Origin: an uncultured Mesocricetibacter sp.
GTDB lineage: Bacteria > Pseudomonadota > Gammaproteobacteria > Enterobacterales > Pasteurellaceae
Reading direction: 5' to 3'
NCBI GenBank assembly: GCA_905373425.1
Contig: CAJPST010000001.1
Coordinates: 1 to 33,217 of the forward strand
DNA length: 33,217 bases
A model generated the notes under the pieces. The model saw only the letters and a list, made by a program, of their open reading frames with translations, was not told the origin of the DNA and searched no databases. Numbering within the stretch: the first letter of the stretch is position 1; the number at the start of each line of letters is the position of its first letter. Below are positions 31,220 through 33,217 of this stretch, one piece after another. A program made the translations under genes and the position numbers.

Positions 31220-32827
31220 ATGCAGGAACTTGTTAAAAACCCCTATTTTTTAACCGCACTTTGTTTAGCGGTATGCTGTATTTTATTGCTGTTTGGCTTG
31301 GCAAAACGTAAGCGTGATGTGTTGGAGTTGCAACAGGATTTAGATAAAGCCGTTTTGGATTTCAATCTGTTGGTAGAAAAATACGAACATTTGCGACAGG
31401 TAAAGAATCAGTTAGATCAAGCTGTGGTAAAAGCACAAACAACAACGGAAGGGCTACAAATCCGCCTATCAGAGCGTGATGAGAAATTACACACGTTGCA
31501 AACAGAATTAGAGCAAGAACAAGCCCACTTCAACAAAACAACGGAAAATTTTACCGCACTTCGTGGTCGCTTTGGTGAAGTCTCGGCGCAGGCAGAAGGG
31601 TTGCAACGGCAGCTGTTGGAAAGCCGTGAAACCTTGGAGCGAAAAGAACGCGAGATGGAAAAAACATTAGAAAAACTGACCGCACTTACGCAAGAGCTGG
31701 CAGAGCTAAAAGCTACGTTAAGCGAAAAAGAAAAGCATTTTGCCGAACAACAGCAAACCTTTGAGCAAAGCAAGCAGCAGCTTAGTACCGAATTTCAGAA
31801 TTTGGCAAATCAGATTTTAGAAGAAAAAAGCCGCAGTTTCAGTCAGTCTAATCAAACTGCGTTGGATACGCTACTTAAACCGTTCCGCGAGCAGATTGAC
31901 GGCTTTCAAAAACGCGTTAATGAAATTCATTCGGAAGCTTTAAAAGGCAATGCAGGGCTGGAGGCAGAAATTAAGAAAGTGCTGGAAATTGGGCTTTCCA
32001 TGTCGCAGGAAGCGAATAATCTCACATCTGCACTGAAGGGTGATAAAAAAACACTTGGTAACTGGGGGGAAGTGCAACTGGAACGTGCCTTACAGTTGGC
32101 CGGGCTGACAAAAGGCGAGCATTATGTAGCACAAACGCATTTTAAAGATGGGGAAGGTAAGCGCAACCTGCCCGATTTCGTGGTTAATTTGCCGGATGAT
32201 AAGCATTTGATTATTGACAGCAAAATGTCACTGGTTGCCTATGAAAGTGCGGTCAACTGTAACGACGAAATCACACGGCAGAACTTTTTGCGCGAGCACA
32301 TTAAAGCTATTCGCAATCACATTAATGATTTATCACAGAAAGATTACAGTAATTTAATTGGTGTGCGCAGTCCGAATTTTGTCCTAATGTTTATTGCCGT
32401 TGAGGCTGCTTATATTGAAGCGATGAAGGCGGATACGCAATTATTCAATTTTGGCTATGAAAAAAATGTGATTTTGGTGTCGCATACCACCTTAATGCCG
32501 ATTTTGCGTACGGTGGCAAATCTGTGGCGACTCGAGCGGGGTAATGCGCAGGCGCGTGAAATCAGCGAAAGAGCAGGCGAAATTTATAATCAGATTTGTT
32601 TGGTGGCAGAACGCTTGGCGAAGCTCGGTAATACGCTTTCCGCTGCAAGCGGTCATTACAACAGCACGGTTACCGCCTTAGCCGGACAACAGGGGCTACT
32701 TGGCAAAGTGGAGCGTTTTAAGGATATTTCGGCGAGAGCCAATAAAACTGCGCCGAGCGTGGAGTTATTGCATAACGAGTTTGAAACGGCAAAATTAAGC
32801 GTTCAAAAAGTGGAATCAAACGAATAA
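31220..32827 (+). CDS. rmuC: DNA recombination protein RmuC
   Basis: 535-aa ORF with an N-terminal TM, a long coiled coil rich in Q/E/L, and a C-terminal RmuC nuclease-like domain (GNWGEVQLERALQLAGL, PDFVVNLPDDKHLIIDSKMSLVAYE). Confidence 0.92.
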   Translation: MQELVKNPYFLTALCLAVCCILLLFGLAKRKRDVLELQQDLDKAVLDFNLLVEKYEHLRQVKNQLDQAVVKAQTTTEGLQIRLSERDEKLHTLQTELEQEQAHFNKTTENFTALRGRFGEVSAQAEGLQRQLLESRETLERKEREMEKTLEKLTALTQELAELKATLSEKEKHFAEQQQTFEQSKQQLSTEFQNLANQILEEKSRSFSQSNQTALDTLLKPFREQIDGFQKRVNEIHSEALKGNAGLEAEIKKVLEIGLSMSQEANNLTSALKGDKKTLGNWGEVQLERALQLAGLTKGEHYVAQTHFKDGEGKRNLPDFVVNLPDDKHLIIDSKMSLVAYESAVNCNDEITRQNFLREHIKAIRNHINDLSQKDYSNLIGVRSPNFVLMFIAVEAAYIEAMKADTQLFNFGYEKNVILVSHTTLMPILRTVANLWRLERGNAQAREISERAGEIYNQICLVAERLAKLGNTLSAASGHYNSTVTALAGQQGLLGKVERFKDISARANKTAPSVELLHNEFETAKLSVQKVESNE

Positions 32828-32926
32828 TGCGGTAGGTAATAATGTCGTGAGGGGCTAATTCGCCCCCGTATAATGTTGACGATTACGGCTATTCATGTAT
32901 CAGCAAGTGCAGGTGGAAAGGCTGTT

Positions 32927-33217
32927 TTAGCCTAAGGGGTTACGTTCCCACAACAACTTTTTACCAAATCCGAGGGTGTTATCGGTAAATTTTACTTCGT
33001 TTAACACAATCTGCCACACAGGCGATTGCATGACGCGCGAGTAAGGAAAACGGGCGTAATAGAGATCAAGTGCGGTTTGTTTTTCCGCTGTTTTTAATTC
33101 GCTAATTTCGCCAATAAATTGGATGCCTTGTAATTTTGCGACAGCTGCCGTTTCGTGAATAATCGTTCCCGTGACTTGAGGGTTTTTAAGCATAAGCTGT
33201 CCGTGGCGGGTTTCGGG
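32927..33217 (-). CDS. yhbP: YhbP-family (UPF0306, PNPOx-like) protein, 5'-partial at the window edge
   Basis: The frame stays open to the window end. ...[16 protein letters not shown]...[10 protein letters not shown]...[35 protein letters not shown] parallels E. coli YhbP ([35 protein letters not shown]). Confidence 0.85.
   Translation of the reverse strand, partial: [96 protein letters not shown]

Noticed and set aside
31417-31773. A 118-aa Cys/Ser-rich ORF antisense to rmuC. Similar antisense or off-frame ORFs occur inside other genes, for example 696..1016, 12750..13055, 12847..13131, 18560..18883, 20788..21081, 23450..23746, 23861..24118 and 26464..26739.
   Set aside because: All lie entirely within well-supported conserved genes on the other strand or frame. 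They have low-complexity or odd composition, which is typical of shadow ORFs of coiled-coil or hexapeptide-repeat coding DNA. They lack SD sequences and recognisable motifs.
32064-32069. G6 tract in rmuC.
   Set aside because: The tract is too short and lies in a conserved domain (GNWGE). There is no evidence of a frame disruption.
32851-32867. GGGGC...GCCCC hairpin after rmuC as a terminator.
   Set aside because: It has only a 5-bp stem and no following T-run. The support is insufficient.

Overview
This 33.2-kb window is a chromosomal segment of a Pasteurellaceae genome. The Hin-type DNA uptake signal sequence AAGTGCGGT/ACCGCACTT occurs as a perfect 9-mer at least 28 times by eye. Gene content and synteny resemble Haemophilus/Aggregatibacter, but the species was not determined. 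Most of the window is ordinary, tightly packed housekeeping DNA. It contains glpG, the murein-recycling pair anmK-murQ, glmU and the LOS inner-core cluster kdkA/opsX/hldD. It also contains gpsA-cysE, the shikimate-dehydrogenase paralog sdhL, a YigL-like phosphatase coupled to crcB, and ilvG-ilvM...ilvD-ilvA. The rest is mscL, trkA, an OPT-family transporter, the yrdD-tsaC-GNAT-aroE operon, rmuC and a partial yhbP. I found no rRNA, tRNA, CRISPR array, transposase or phage genes. Three things stand out. (1) adhE is decaying: it is 5'-truncated, carries an in-frame TAA, and probably has a compensated frameshift pair. (2) About 0.93 kb of strongly AT-rich DNA sits between ilvM and ilvD. It holds an uncharacterised lipoprotein ORF translationally coupled to ilvM, followed by a 176-bp MITE-like element with 39-bp terminal inverted repeats. 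(3) An operon of three lipoproteins (CsgG-like, DUF4810-like, DUF799/GNA1162-like) has no curli genes nearby and no known function. It is the best candidate here for an undescribed envelope or secretion system. Several terminators are built from inverted USS pairs.
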